The notes under the pieces were generated by a model. That model was given only the letters and a program-made list of their open reading frames with translations, was not told the DNA's origin and ran no database searches. The translations under genes were made by a program, and so were the position numbers. Positions 38,151 to 51,218 of a stretch of DNA of 64,000 nt are shown here, piece after piece. Positions within the stretch are counted from its first letter, which is position 1; each line of letters begins with the position of its first letter. The DNA comes from Sphyrna mokarran (Eukaryota), in the NCBI GenBank assembly GCA_024679065.1, contig JAGIQG010000040.1, positions 5,394,001-5,458,000 of the forward strand, given 5' to 3'.

Positions 38151-39229
38151 TGTGTGTATACTATAATTTTAGTTTAAAATTAATTTATCAGATATGGACC
38201 CCATTTATTGCTCACCACTGGTTGACCTTGAGAGCTGATGTTGCCTTCTCTGCTATTTCCGAGGTGTAGGTACACCCACAGTGCTATTAGGAAGGTTAGG
38301 CAGCGTCTGTCATAATTTAAACAAAACCATTGTCTTTCTATGAATTAACTGTTACAGAGCCGAAGTTTATAGACTGACAATCATTTAAGGAATGGAAAAA
38401 TATATTTTCATCATTGCAATAACTATTGGTGAAGGAACTATTGTAACAGGAACGCGGAAATACTCTATCACAGTAACAACTGCGACAGGGACGGGCCTAA
38501 TATTAACATGGTACATCTTTTTTAACGTAAATAGTGGCATTATCTTGTGCTGTAAAAAGTGAACCAGAGCCTAGCAACAGGCCATAACACGACAGCACGA
38601 TAATGATGTAAGTTACAGGTAAGGACATATGTGCAAAGATAATAGACAGATCAGCAAATGTCATAAGCAATATGCAACTCAACAGAAATGTAGATATATC
38701 GTAACGTCGTAGAACTAGAGGCAAGGCCGAATCTTTTAAAAACTGATGCATATTCCGATGCATTGACAGCCGAGGCAGGGTTGTTTGTAATACAAAATAA
38801 AGTAATTTGCGTACATCAATAATTGAGGTAGGATTACTGCAATATTAACAACTGAATGGTGTAATCTTAATAAATAGAACATCATGTAGTGTAATATAAG
38901 CAGGGTGCGATATGAGCAGAGAGAGAATATAGTGCAACAGTTGATGGAAATAGTCTCAAACATTATGAACAATAATTTGTTGTAGTCCACTAAGTAATGC
39001 AGGACCAAGACCAAGCTATTCCCCAGTGCAAACAGGGACACAATGTGGAATGTGTGAAACAGGGATAATCAGATTTACACAGAGACATTTCACAATGCCA
39101 TATAGTATAAAGAGAAAGTTATCGAGTATGGTTTGAAGTCAAACAATGACTTTAGGTAATATGGACAGAAAGAACGTCCACGTTCCACATTTATTTATTA
39201 GTGTCACAAGTAGTTCCGTTGTTTTAAAA

Positions 39230-40630
39230 ATGTTCCAAAAGAAATCCGGAAACTTATAGACCAGTAACTTTGACGTCAGTGGTGGGGATAGGATCTATAA
39301 ATATTTGATAAACTGGGACTTATTAGGGAGAGTCATCATGGCTTTGTGCGTGGTAGGCCATGTTTCACCAATCTATTAGAGTTTTTCGAGGAGGTTACCA
39401 GGAAAGTGGATGAAGGAAAGGCGGTGGATGTTGTCTCCCTGGATTTTAGCAAAGCCTTTGATAAGGTCCCTCATGAAAGATTATTTAGGAAGGTTCAGTC
39501 GCTAGGTATACATCGGGAGGTAATGAATTGGATTAGACATCGGCTCCATGGAAGAAGCCAGAAAGTGGTTGTGGAGGATTGCTACTCTGAATGGAGGTCT
39601 GTGACGAGTGGTATACCACAGTGATTGGTGTTGGATGCATTGCTGTTTCTCATCTATATCAACGATCTGGATGATAATGTGGTAAATTGGATCAGCAAAT
39701 TTGCTGATGATGCCAAAATTGGAGGTGTAGCGGACAGTAAGGAAAGTTTTCAAAGCTTGCAGAGGGATTTGGACCAATGAGAAAAATGGGCTGAGAAATG
39801 GCAAATGGAATTTCACGCAGACAAGTGTGAGGTATTGCACTTTGGTAGGACAAACTAAAGTAGAACGTACAGGGTAAATGGGAGGACTCTGAAGAGTGCA
39901 GTTGAACAGAGGGGTCTGGGAATACTGGTACAGAATTCCCTAAAAGTGGCGTCACAGGTGGATAGGGTCACAAAGAATGCTTTTGGTACCTTGGCCTTTA
40001 CAAATCGGAGTATCAAGTGTAAAAGGTAAAGTGTTTTGGTCAGGTTGTGTAAGGCATTGGTGAGGCCGAATTTAGACTACTGTGTACAGTTTTGGTCACC
40101 TCGTTACAGGAAGGATGTAAATAAGGTTGAAAGAATGCAGAGAAGGTTCACAAGAATGTTGCTGGGACTTGAGAAGCTGAGTTACAGACAGAGGTTGATT
40201 GAACAGTTAGGACTTTATTCCCTAGAGCGTAGAAGAATGAGGGGCGATTTGATAGAGGTGTATAAGATTTTGTTGGCTATAGATAGAGTGAATGCAAGCA
40301 GGCCTTTTTCCACTGAGGCTAGAGGAGAAAAAAAAACAGAGGGCATGGGTTAAGAGTGGAAGGAGAAAAGTTTAAAGAGAATATGAGGATGGGGGAGGCT
40401 TCTTCATGCAGAGAGTGGTGGGAGTGTGGAATGAGCTGCCGAATAAAGTGGTAAATGCGGGGTCACTTAACATTTAAGAAAAACTTGGACAGATTCATAG
40501 ATGAGAAGGATGTGGAGGCATATGGTCCAAGTGCAGGTCAGTGGAACTGAGCAAAAAATGGTTCTGCACAGAGAAGAGAGCCAAAAAGGCTCTTTCTGAG
40601 CTATAATTTTCTGTGGTTTCTATGGTTTCT
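39230..40630 (+). mobile_element. 5'-truncated CR1 LINE ORF2 (RT) and 3' end
   Basis: FTNLLEFFEEVT..LDFSKAFDKV; SGIPQ; KFADD; LGLYSLERRRMRGDLIEVYKI. Confidence 0.92.
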
Positions 40631-40839
40631 ATTTCCCTGCTTCCATTCATTCCTGAATAGATCATTAATCTGTCTAACCGAAACTGAAATGTGTTCAATC
40701 ATCTACAACTCTCTGGTGTAGAGAATTCCGAAGATTCTCTACTCTTTGAGTGAAGGAATTTCTCCTCATCTTAGTCCTAAATCATCAGCGCGTAATCCTG
40801 AGATTGTGTCTGTGTTTTAGATTCCCGGTATGGAGATGC

Positions 40840-40960
40840 CGTGGTTGGACTGGGGTATAAACACTGTAAGAAGTCTCACAATACCAGGTTAAAGTCCAAC
40901 AGGTTTATTTGATAGCAAACATCACTAATCCCGAAAGCTGATGTTGTAAGACTTCTTACT
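40840..40960. mobile_element. Collapsed Penelope-like inverted termini
   Basis: gtaagaagtctcacaataccaggttaaagtccaac.. followed by ..gttgtaagacttcttac. Confidence 0.65.
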
Positions 40961-41870
40961 ATTTTAGGTTCCCGGACCAGGGAAAATAATGTCTCAGCAT
41001 CCACCTTATCAAAATCATAGAATGTTAGAATCCCATTTCAATGCTATCTATTCTTTCTCGTTAAAGCTGTTGAGATTTTCCAGCATTTTCTGTTTTGATA
41101 CAGATTCAAGCATCCTCAGATTTTTCTTTCATTCTGTCTAAAATATGGAGATCCAAACTGCACACGTTATTCCAAACGTGGTCCCAACAAAACCCTGAAT
41201 AACTGCAGCAGGACTTCAAACACTTCAAAACTTAACTCAGTGCTCAAGGTTAGAAGGAGAGCGTGACAGTGAATAATTTGCACTGTATACATTTCTGCAA
41301 TCAGTAACTGGACTAGGAAGATGAAATATGTTTGTCTCTGTGTACTGTTAACTCCAAATTCAATCTTCCCTCAATGTAGTGTATCATACATTTGCATTGC
41401 CTGCTTTCCAGGCAAAACTCGGGTTCACCAACTGCCTCTATCAAGCAGCTAATTGGCTCTAGGAGCTGGACAGCCAGAGGGAGCTGGATGAGAGGCAGCG
41501 ACAGAAACAGGAAGAGAAGCGACATGATAGCATTTCGGAAATGATTGTGCCAGTTGCTCTCCGTGTTGAATGCCTGCCGTGTGTTACCTTGTAAGTTTCA
41601 CAGAAGTCACAGTGATGAGTTTGGTGGATTTTGGAAACTGAAAGTGCCACATGAGCAGCTTGCGGGACTATTTCACCTCACTGTCGATTTCATGTTCTAG
41701 CGAACAGGAAACGCTGTTTACATTGGCTGATGCAGTTCCTTGTGTTCCATCTAAAGATGACAGTTGAAAGGAGAAGCTTGTTTTTGGTGAATCAAAAGTC
41801 TGAAGTAAAAAAAAGGAAGGCAGATGGTTCATGGATAAATTAGTTCTTTTTTAAAGTGCTTGCATCAACT

Positions 41871-41942
41871 TCCCTGATGGTCTAGTGGTTGGGATTCGGC
41901 ATTTTCATTGCCGTGACCCTGGTACGATTCCTGGTCAGAGAA
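41871..41942 (+). pseudogene. tRNA-Glu(TTC) probable pseudogene, within an inverted copy (41080-42230) of the Glu module
   Basis: 72 nt, with stem mismatches and an altered B box (GGTACGATTCC). Confidence 0.75.
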
Positions 41943-42865
41943 TGTCGACTTATTGCTGTGTAACGACACTGCGTTACTTCCTGGTCACCATAGGTCTTGT
42001 CCGAATCAGTATCTGAGAGATTTCCTCTTTTGCGTCTGAATTGGAAATATCATCTGTAAAGAACAGAAGAGAAGAGAGCGATAGGCTCCAAAGCGCTGAT
42101 AATAGAAATGGTGATGCGGGTTAGGAGATGGTTTTTTAATGGGGTAAATTTTATTGTTTCTATTGAGATAAATATTTCGCAGATCTGGGTCCAAATCTCG
42201 CGCTCAATGACAAGAAACATTTTAATTGAATTAAACCGTAAATATCACTGAGGTAACTGGAGGAAAAGGAACATACTTTTATGGGCATAAAGACTTCTCT
42301 GGTGTGTTACGATTTCCCAAAGCGATTCTGGAGATTTTAGCAAACTTTCTGAAGCTCTTTTCAATCCGGCTTCTGTATTTAGCCCGTTTTCACATCATCT
42401 GTTCCAGTGCTGAGGCCATCCCAATTCTTCCGTTTTAAATCATTTACGCTATTAATCAATGTTTATCAGCTCCTAATCATGGCTGGAACAATCCTTTTGT
42501 ATTCCTCATGTTAATAATTCTCAGTCTGTAAAGTGAACTTAAATGAGAGGTGTTTATTTGCGGTTAGTTATTGGGATTTGCCTCAGCTGGCAGGTTTCAG
42601 TTTACACTATTGAATGAAATTTCACTTGTATTTTCAATGTTAGTGCCGAATGACCCCCAAATAAAGAGCAGCCAATTCTTCCCCCGTACAGCGAATCTGA
42701 GAATCAGCAGGAATCTGCCTTCCATGTGAACGGTTTTGAAAGGTGTTTATGTGGATGGTTCTCGGGGTTTGTGTTTATAACCCGTTATAAACAGCGGGTT
42801 TATAACAGACCCGCTGTTATAAACGGCACCCAGCAGACAGCAGCTGTGACCCAGAAACCTGCTGA

Positions 42866-42904
42866 AGTTTTTGTACGAGGATTTCACTCATTTTCATCAC
42901 TGTG
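42866..42904 (-). other. 23-RSS
   Basis: CACAGTG-23 nt-ACAAAAACT. Confidence 0.93.
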
Positions 42905-43358
42905 AGACTCTGCACAGTAATAGACCGCGGTGTCAGACAGCAGCAGCTTCGAGATGGTCAATCGGTACAACTTTTCTGATTTCTCCATTGTATCTGAAAA
43001 CCGGTTCTGAGCGAAATCCGCCTTCCATCCGGCACCGTCGCTCGTACGCCTCCGGACCGCAAACTCGGGCTGTCTGTTCGGATATTGACGGTACCAGAAT
43101 AAATAATATGCATTGTTGGTGTAGGTGCAGCTTAAAGTGACATTTTCTCCCGTTGTCCGTGTGAGTGAGGATTCCTGCTGAGTAACAGAATCTCCATTGC
43201 TCAGATCTGGAACACAGGGTAAAAGAAATAAAAAACATTCAGCTGAATTGAGGGTGAAAATTCGCAGACGACGCAATATAAAAATAGACATTAAATAATA
43301 TCAAATTCGCCCCAACTGATCTACCGTTCAGAATCCCCAGAAGAATCCGCCATCTCAA
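42905..43358 (-). CDS. TRAV: TCR V segment: open V exon (42905-43206), but the leader has TTG in place of ATG
   Basis: GDSVTQQES..LSCTY..YLFWYRQYP..DTAVYYCAES; leader context gacagaggcaTTG versus gacagagacaATG in the 35540 paralog. Confidence 0.8.
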
Positions 43359-44253
43359 TGCCTCTGTCCCTTTCCCCCTCAGCGGCTAATCTTTCCCCAT
43401 CCCAACTGTGTCTTTACTCCTCTCTTCAAGGATTCGTTGTGTTAACGTGAGTCATTTTCTACAGAAATCTCTCGAAAGGAGATTCGTTGTAATCTTTAGT
43501 TGATCTTTTGGTTTCACTCAGATTTATGGGAAATGGATTTGGAATCCTTCTCGAGTGGAATCATCCTTTCCCCGTCCACAGTACTGAACTTCTTCATCAT
43601 TAGAAATACATCAACCAGGTTACTCTATAATCTTCTGCCAGAAGATAAATTAACCATAATGTTTAGATTGAATTCTGATAGCTACCATCTCCCAATTCTG
43701 GTATCAGGCTCGCTGTGAGTTTTGCCAACCGATATTCTTTTAAGGAAAAGCCAAGAGCAAAGACTCAAGTGCTCTATGGCCAAAGTCTGATTAACTGGAG
43801 CGCCCTGCTTTTCAAATGCATTCCTATAGAAGTTACACATCTTTTTAAAGAGTTAAACTTACCGACAATGAATGTCACCCAGATCACAGTGAGGACCGAG
43901 CGCCGCATTGCTGCTGTTCCTGGATTTCAGGGACTCTTGTGTCTCCCAAAGCTCAGAATATCGAACAAGATAACGCTGAGACCATTGGCTGAGGCTGGTC
44001 TGGCCTCACTTCCTACGGGGCGTATAGAAGGAAGAGCTGAAATCACTGGATCTGATTGGTCTGACGTCAGTGACTTCAACACAATTGTTGATTACAGAGA
44101 ACTGAGACATTGACGATACACTCTGCTGTTCAGAGCGAGACGGGCAAACACAGCTAGGTTGATCCTAATTGAGCTAAGAGACATTTTTACCTTCAATTGA
44201 CCTGGAAGAAATTGCTTTGAAGAAGGAATTGCAAGTGTTGAATGTGAATGAAG

Positions 44254-44712
44254 ATGTTCCGAGTATTTGAGTCACTGTCATTAATCAGACTGAGTTTGAG
44301 ACGAGGGTCAATTGGGAAGATGATCTAAGATTTTTCCTGTGACTGTGATATATCAAACAGGGTGCAGAAATACTACGAAAGTGAATAAGTGAAACTTCCA
44401 AATTTAGTGTATGTTAAAAAGGTTGGTTTAGCAATTAAACGTTAAAGGGTTGCATCCAATTGCTCAGTTGAAGTGAGCCTCACATTTAACCCTTCTGTTC
44501 GGAGTTGATGGGACCTATCTTGTGGAGGCATTCTCCAGACTCTCCTTTTCTGAGGGCTCAAAAATGTCTCCAAACGTACAAGACAAGATCTCTGCTGATT
44601 TTTACAAAACAAACGAAAAAGGTCCCGTGAAATATCACGGGAGATATTTTCTGTGTACCGCATTTTTGTGCTATACAGCCAGCAGAGAATCAACAGATTC
44701 AGGACAAAAATC
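44254..44712 (+). pseudogene. Degenerate TCR V pseudogene
   Basis: CCAAT+CRE at 44052-44069; FR3-like SADFYKTNEK; nonamer ACAAAAATC followed by the family-typical ctgggagttcca. Confidence 0.5.
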
Positions 44713-45389
44713 CCACACTGGGAGTTCCAAACAGCGCTCTCATTGCTAAACAAAATCAAAAGTTCCTCCTCGGTAATCTGAGTCACCGGCAGCCTCAAAA
44801 CTAAAACGTCAAGAACATTTGCGGAATGGTATTAATTAACTCCAGCGTACAGTTATGCTGAGAGCAACTTTCATAAATCTATTACATTACTTCAATGTAC
44901 TTTTTTCCTTTCAATGTGTTTTCCGTGACTCTAACATTAAACAACATTCTCTCCATATCCCCTCCCAGTTTTCTGGAGTCTTTGACCGCGGCCTACTCAC
45001 ACAGTTTATTTGAACAAAATGTGTTGCCGAATCAGAGAAAACTATTGTTGTGATTTGTATTATTTGCAGTTTGAGAAAGATCTCTCTGAGTGAATTATTG
45101 CTGCTCTTCTGCAGTGTGAGAACGGCCTCTGCTGCGTCGTCACTGGAATTGTCGCTGTGGGATTTTGACTGGGAGCCGATACATCTCTGTGGCAATATGG
45201 GGACACATGGCACTGAAGTAGACAGCGGTGTCGGAGATCGGGACTTTGCTAATCGTTAACTCGACGATCTTGGTAGTTTTACTAAACTTTGATCTCAACA
45301 TTTGGGCTTGCAGTTTGTTATTCTTCCGACGTGATAGAGCATGAGCGAGATGGATACTCAGCCAGAGCCTGATGCCCTCGCGCGTCCGT

Positions 45390-46280
45390 CACAGAAAATG
45401 AAATGCAGTTACAGCAGGCAGTAAAGAAGAAAAATAATATGCTAACTTTCATAGCAAGAGGATCTGAGTATACGAATAGGGATTTTGCTGCAATTCTATC
45501 GGGCGTTGTTGGGGCCACATCTGGAGTATTGTGTGTAGCTTTGATGTCCTCATCCGAGAAAGAATGTCCTTGCTATCGAGGGACTGCAGAGAATGTTTAC
45601 CAGGCTGTTTCTTGGGGTGTTAGGTTTGTCATTTCAGTACTGAATAAATCAGTTAGAACTATTTAGACTGGAGTTCAAAAGAGTAAGAGGAGATCTCATA
45701 GAAACTAATAAATGCGAAGAGGATTTCATAGACACATCGAAGTTAGAAGCAGGAATAAGCCATTCATCCCATCGAGCCTGCTCCGCCATTTATTTTGATC
45801 ATGGTTGATCATCAGATTTAACATCCTGTTACGCCCTTCCTCTCATACCCTTTGATACCTTTAATCCCAAGAGCTATATTTAATTTCTTCTTGAAAACAG
45901 AAAACGTTTTGGCTTCAAATATATTCTCTGGTACTGAATTCCATACATTCACCACCCTCTGGGTGCAGAAATTTCTTCCCACCTCAATTCTAATAGATTT
46001 ATCCCCTTTCCTCAAACTATCACCACTCGTTCTGGATTCCCCATCACTGGGAAGAATATTTCTGATTCTGTGCTGCCTAACCCTGTTAGAATTTTATAAG
46101 TTTCTATGAGATCCACCCTCACTCTTCTAAACTCCAATGAATACAATCCTGACCGATTTAATCTCTTTTCATATGAAAAATTTGCCATGCCCGGAATCAG
46201 CCTGTTAAACCTTCGCTGTGCTCCTTCTCTAGGATTAGACAGAATAGATTCAAGATTCCAAGACTCCATGATTCTATGAT
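45390..46280. mobile_element. Two CR1 LINE 3' fragments in opposite orientations
   Basis: GLYSLEFRRVRVDLIETYKIL; FCTQRVVNVWNS; QQAVKKKNNMLTFIARG. Confidence 0.8.
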
Positions 46281-46632
46281 TCTCATTGCTTCGTGTCCCT
46301 GCCGCTATATTTATTGTTAGACACCTAAGCAGTGAGCAGGTGCAGGATTTTCAGACACCTTTGTAGGTTCAACCGTTGCTATTTCCGCTCCACCAGCTCC
46401 GGGTGCAGTTGAGAGTCACCGCATATTTTATTCAATATTGAGGCGGCCGTATCCCTGCCCACAACTTCCGTCTGCGACTCTGACTCTGACCTGATTGTGC
46501 GATTGGACAGATTGTTGCCGCTGCGCCATTCCTCTCATTGGTTGGATCAGGAGTGCAGTGGGACGGGCATCTGTATTTCTGTCTCTAACAGAGGATTTCT
46601 CTCACTGCAGAGTTGCAGACTCAGGAAGCATC

Positions 46633-47252
46633 ATGGTGAAGTTTTTCACTCCGATCCTTATCATTATCTCACTTCTCAATAAGTAGTTCTTAGCGGGAAG
46701 GGATGAAAGGATATGGGGAAAGCAGGATCAGGTTATTGAGTTATATAGTGAGCCCTGATCGCACTCAATGCCGGGGCAAGGTCAAAGGGTCGAATAGCCT
46801 ACTCCTGCCCCGATTTTCCATATATTCATGTATTTCTTTTCCTGTATAGCTAAATATTATTCGTGACAAATAATATTAATCGTTTACATGACGATGTTAT
46901 TTAGAAAAACATGGCTGAAACTGATTGTTTTTATTTTTAATATTATGTCAGAATGGAGTCACCAAGACACAGTAGAGCAGCGGGTTGCTAAAATAACAGT
47001 TGAAGAGGAAAGTAATGTCACAATAACCTACAACTTGAAGACAAGCGATGCCAATCCTCGTATCTACTGGTACAGTCAGGGTCCCGGACAGCCTCCACAG
47101 TACATGCTTCGTATTCTGGGTGGGAAACTGAACATCAACGACATCAACGACCGCTTTTCAGCTACATTAAACAAAACTACCAAGATTACGGAGCTTGTGA
47201 TCGGCAACACGCTGATGACCGACAGTGCGGTATATTTCTGTGCCTTGGACCC
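46633..47252 (+). CDS. TRAV: TCR V segment: open V exon (46952-47252), leader donor mutated (ataagt), first conserved Cys absent
   Basis: Leader MVKFFTPILIIISLL; V DTVEQR..VTITYNL (Tyr at the expected C23)..IYWYSQ..DSAVYFCALDP. Confidence 0.75.
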
Positions 47253-47290
47253 CACACTGCTACAGATATAGCGGGTCCCATATAAAAACC
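47253..47290 (+). other. RSS (22-nt spacer, variant nonamer)
   Basis: CACACTG-22 nt-ATAAAAACC. Confidence 0.8.
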
Positions 47291-47973
47291 TCACAGTAAG
47301 AGTTCCAGTTAGCGCTCAGCAAGACGGTGCGCTCACGCCTTTGGAAAATAACAATAAAGTTAAACTCGAAAGAGCCGCAGAGGCTGGAGGTGATTAAAAC
47401 TGAAGATCATACCACATCTCACGAGAGGGATCAAGGTTTTTGATGGCGGCAACTTCATGAATAACCTCAGCGGGTACAAGTATTAAAACTGTGCCGTCAG
47501 TGCTGCTTTGCAACACAAACGAGATCTCCAGCAACTGAGCTGAACAACAATATTCTCAGAATTTGCTGTACATGTATACAAGCATTTGCGATTCTTGCAT
47601 TAGGACACGCAGGTGTCTCTGAATCTAAGGCCATCACAATCTCTCACCATTTACTCAACAAATTTCTTTGTGTTTCTTCCTGCCAAAATACATCACATCA
47701 CATTCGCTATTTTTGACTTTCTTCCTATTCTCTTTGCATTGTTTCCGGATTTTCTGTGCTCTTTATGTATCCTTGCTGAGCTTTTTTATTTTGTCCTTCA
47801 CTCATACACATTTGCATGTAACTTCTTCCATTTCCTTCCGATATATTTCCAACTCTCTTCGTTTTAACCTCATTAAAATGTTCTGATTCTGTCATTCCCC
47901 TTATTCTTGGAATTTAATACCGTGCTTCTTGAAACGCTGATATTCCCACGGAGCAGGTTTTGAAAACGGTGAA

Positions 47974-48012
47974 GGTTTTTGTACGGCATCTTCCTGCGTT
48001 TATTACACTGTG
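47974..48012 (-). other. 23-RSS (perfect consensus)
   Basis: CACAGTG-23 nt-ACAAAAACC. Confidence 0.95.
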
Positions 48013-48345
48013 TTTCACGGCGCAGAGATAAGTGGCAGTGTCTGAAACCTGTGCATCTCTCACAGTCAGGACGCTGAGTTTGTTGCCTTCACCCACTGAG
48101 GCAGTGATTCTCCCGGGTTGATCGGTTCCTCTTGTGGCCATCACCAGATGCTGGGGTGACTGATCCGGGAGCTGTCTGTACCAATGCAGGACGTTAAAAC
48201 CAATGGAGATGGTGCAGTTCAGGGATATGTTTCGTGCTTCACTGATAACCATCCTTGGAGGGAACTGCATCACTCCAATTTCTCCGGTCACCCCCGTAAA
48301 GATCAGAGTGAAAAGCAGCAGAAAGTCAATGCAAATCCAGAGCAT
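48013..48345 (-). CDS. TRAV: TCR V segment with leader and V in a single exon (no leader intron)
   Basis: MLWICIDFLLLFTLIFTGVTG|EIGVMQFPP..LNCTI..HWYRQLP..DTATYLCAVK; continuous 111 codons. Confidence 0.85.
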
Positions 48346-49547
48346 TCTCAGTAAAGGAGCAACACCGAAATCAGTTTCGAACCAGGAGATCAAAATTAAC
48401 GGGGAGGCAAATGCTTTCTTCGAATTCAGTTCAGTGCCGCGTTTCTGTTGAACTGACAACAGTAGGCGGGTTTTCTTTAACCAGCGCTTCACACTGACAA
48501 CAGCTTTGAACACATATACGACCCGCCCAGGTTAAATATTTCTCACGCTTTACGCTGTTTACTGCTGATGTATACTGGTAATTGCAGGGTGCAATTCTTC
48601 ACTTGGAACGCCGAAACGTTGCAGTTCACGAGGTGGCTACAAATGAGAATAGTTTTTTCCTCCTTTCTATTATAACTCTTTCATTAGGGGAGAATGCAGT
48701 GCATTTTGCTCTCTCATTCTTGCTGAAATTTTCTTCCATTCTCTGACCAGTGCCGGTGAGACAAGAAGAAGGCCCTGATGCTTGTCTTAAATTATCGTCT
48801 AATAATTTGAACTTTGGCAATGCAAACTGATCTATCTATCGAATACTTGTAAAGTAAGAATAGTAATAGCAACTTTAAAAACCTCATAAGAATATTTTTT
48901 TAAAGTAATAAGTTTGATATCAGTGTTAAAATTATGTTTCGATAACCGCATTTGTTCCATTAATCAAATTTTATTCAATAAGGACACTGGCTCCGATCAC
49001 GAACTTATTGAAGTGTCTTTCTGCCCTCTCCTGGTGGCGAAAAGCATTACAATGTTCCATTTCTGGAACCAAGCTTGATTCCAACAATTGGCGACTATGC
49101 ATTCTCCCCAGTATTAATCGTATTTTTCATTTTTCTTATTTTTGAATGTGGCTGGTAGTATTGAATCTGATTTTCGTTATTGCAACTCATTGATCATCCG
49201 ACCAATTTTCGGAGCGGTGTCTTGGATATTGGTCACTCCGCCTCTATCCTCGGGAGTTCAGTTAGAAGGAGAAGGGATGAATTTAAAATCTACTTCTAAT
49301 ACTAGATGCGGGTTGGGGGTGAGGTTGGCCAATTTGAAACACGGCCAGTGTTAATTTTGATAAAATACCCCGATTGATTGTGATGATCAAACAGTTTGCC
49401 AAAACCGAGGGATAACAAAATGAGGAGAAAGAATGGGGGAATGGCAAACAAAGACAATAAAGAAATAAAACGTAGAGAATAGTAAAACATAAATAAAATT
49501 AGCTGGTTTTCTGTTCTTCCTCTGCCTTACAGGATGAAGCGGTTAAC

Positions 49548-49677
49548 AAAGAACAAAGAACAAAGAACAAAACAGCACGGGAAACAGGTCCTTCAGCCCA
49601 ACGATCCCACACCGCCACCCCGATGTTCCCACCTCTACCCATGATCCCTGCCTATGTTTATAGATCTATGGATTAAA
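49548..49677 (-). mobile_element. Short 3'-terminal copy of the CR1 family
   Basis: (CAAAGAA)3 tail plus 3' UTR matching 4637-4757. Confidence 0.85.
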
Positions 49678-49950
49678 TTGATAATTTTGGGTTTAATCCC
49701 TGTGCAGATCCCCAAGAAGGGAATGAATTTACTTAGTTCCTTTCTCTCGGCGCTGATTGCCAAAGGAGCCGTGTGTTGATTCGTTCATTTGAATACAACT
49801 GATTTTTAATCTTGAATGTCAATGAATGACGTTGTCAGCAATGAACCAGTCAGTAACTGTCGGATATAAGTGAACTTCTTCCACCTCATGAGAATGAAAA
49901 GTTCAGCTTCAACCCCCTCTGCTCATATTCTCCGCCATCTCTCTGCAAAC

Positions 49951-50866
49951 ATGCCTCATTGTACTCTGTGATTATTTCTCTATTAACCGGTCGGTTCACA
50001 AACTGCAAGCTCTTTGTCTCACAAATTTATCATTGACTGCATTAAGTTGAGCAGTTCGATTAACACACTGGTGAAATATACATTAATTCTAAATGAGAAA
50101 ATCAGCCGGATCCACTTTGTTTCAGCAAGGGAGGAGGTAAAATTTCCTAGGTGAACGAGAGTGAAGAGTTATGATGGAATTCCCGGCCACGCCGGAGCCA
50201 GTGAGGGACTTTGACAAATAGGATAAAATCTGGATAAAAACTTTGACAATCCCGAGGTCTTTAAACCCACCGACAGTTTAGTTTCCGCATCAAATAACGC
50301 GAAACGAAGGTAATAATCTGATCTCCTTAAAGGTGTTCATTAAACGGGGTTTCATTTAACCCTACAAACACACTCCGGATAAAACCTTTGTGTTGCGGGA
50401 AATATATTTCTGTTTAGGTCCTGTGATTTATTTTTCAGATTATTGGCCAGAGTGACGGGTAAATCCGCCCGTTAAACAAAGTGAGCTGACATTGTTTAAT
50501 TTAGAATTGCTTTCAGTTCTTACAGGACATTGTGGAGGAGATTCGGTTTCACAGATACCAGCAGCAGTCACAATGGGTGAAGGGGATGATGTTCAGTTAT
50601 TCTGTAATTATACAACTCCGAGCATTGACAATTATTAGCTATTCTGGTATCGTCGGGATTCCAGCGAATCCATGGAGTACCTACTGAAGAGAAGTAAATA
50701 CACCGGGAACACAGATTTGTCGGGGATTTTTTTCAGTGGAGCTCAATGATACAACCCTCAACGTCCCGTTAAAAGTGTCTAAGACAGAACTGACAGACTC
50801 CGGAGTATATTACTGCGCACTGAGCCTCACAGAGACACTGAGCTGAGCTGAACCGATACAAAAACT
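49951..50866 (+). pseudogene. TCR V pseudogene (family of the 10544 V) with intact 23-RSS at 50828-50866
   Basis: Stop in the leader; TAG in CDR1 and a frameshift; CACAGAG-23-ACAAAAACT. Confidence 0.88.
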
Positions 50867-51218
50867 GACAGAGCATCACTCCACATTCTTCTGCACTCCA
50901 GTGAGTACAAACCCAAGCTTCTAAACCATTCCTCATATAACAGCCGCTTCAAGATACTGATGAGACTACATCTGGAAAGATTATGAAAATATAAAACGTG
51001 AGTGAGGGCATAATAATTTGATTTGCGAAATTATTTTGCACTATAAATGAAAGTTATAGCGTAACTAGAACAATTCTTCTCTTGCTGCTCACTTGTTCAT
51101 GTTAAATGTTGTGTTGTGTTATTTTCGTAACGGTTTGAACTCTCAGGCTAAATAATTGCTTCCGTTTATCAGTGCGGGCGCGCCCTCTGCTGATCACTAA
51201 CTGGAACTCCCAGATTGG

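Noticed and set aside
48326-48340. Ig octamer ATTTGCAT
   Set aside because: Lies inside the leader coding sequence, not in a promoter position
47914-48513. 199-aa ORF as a stand-alone protein
   Set aside because: It is the V segment plus read-through of the 5' flank and RSS; the true start is ATG at 48345
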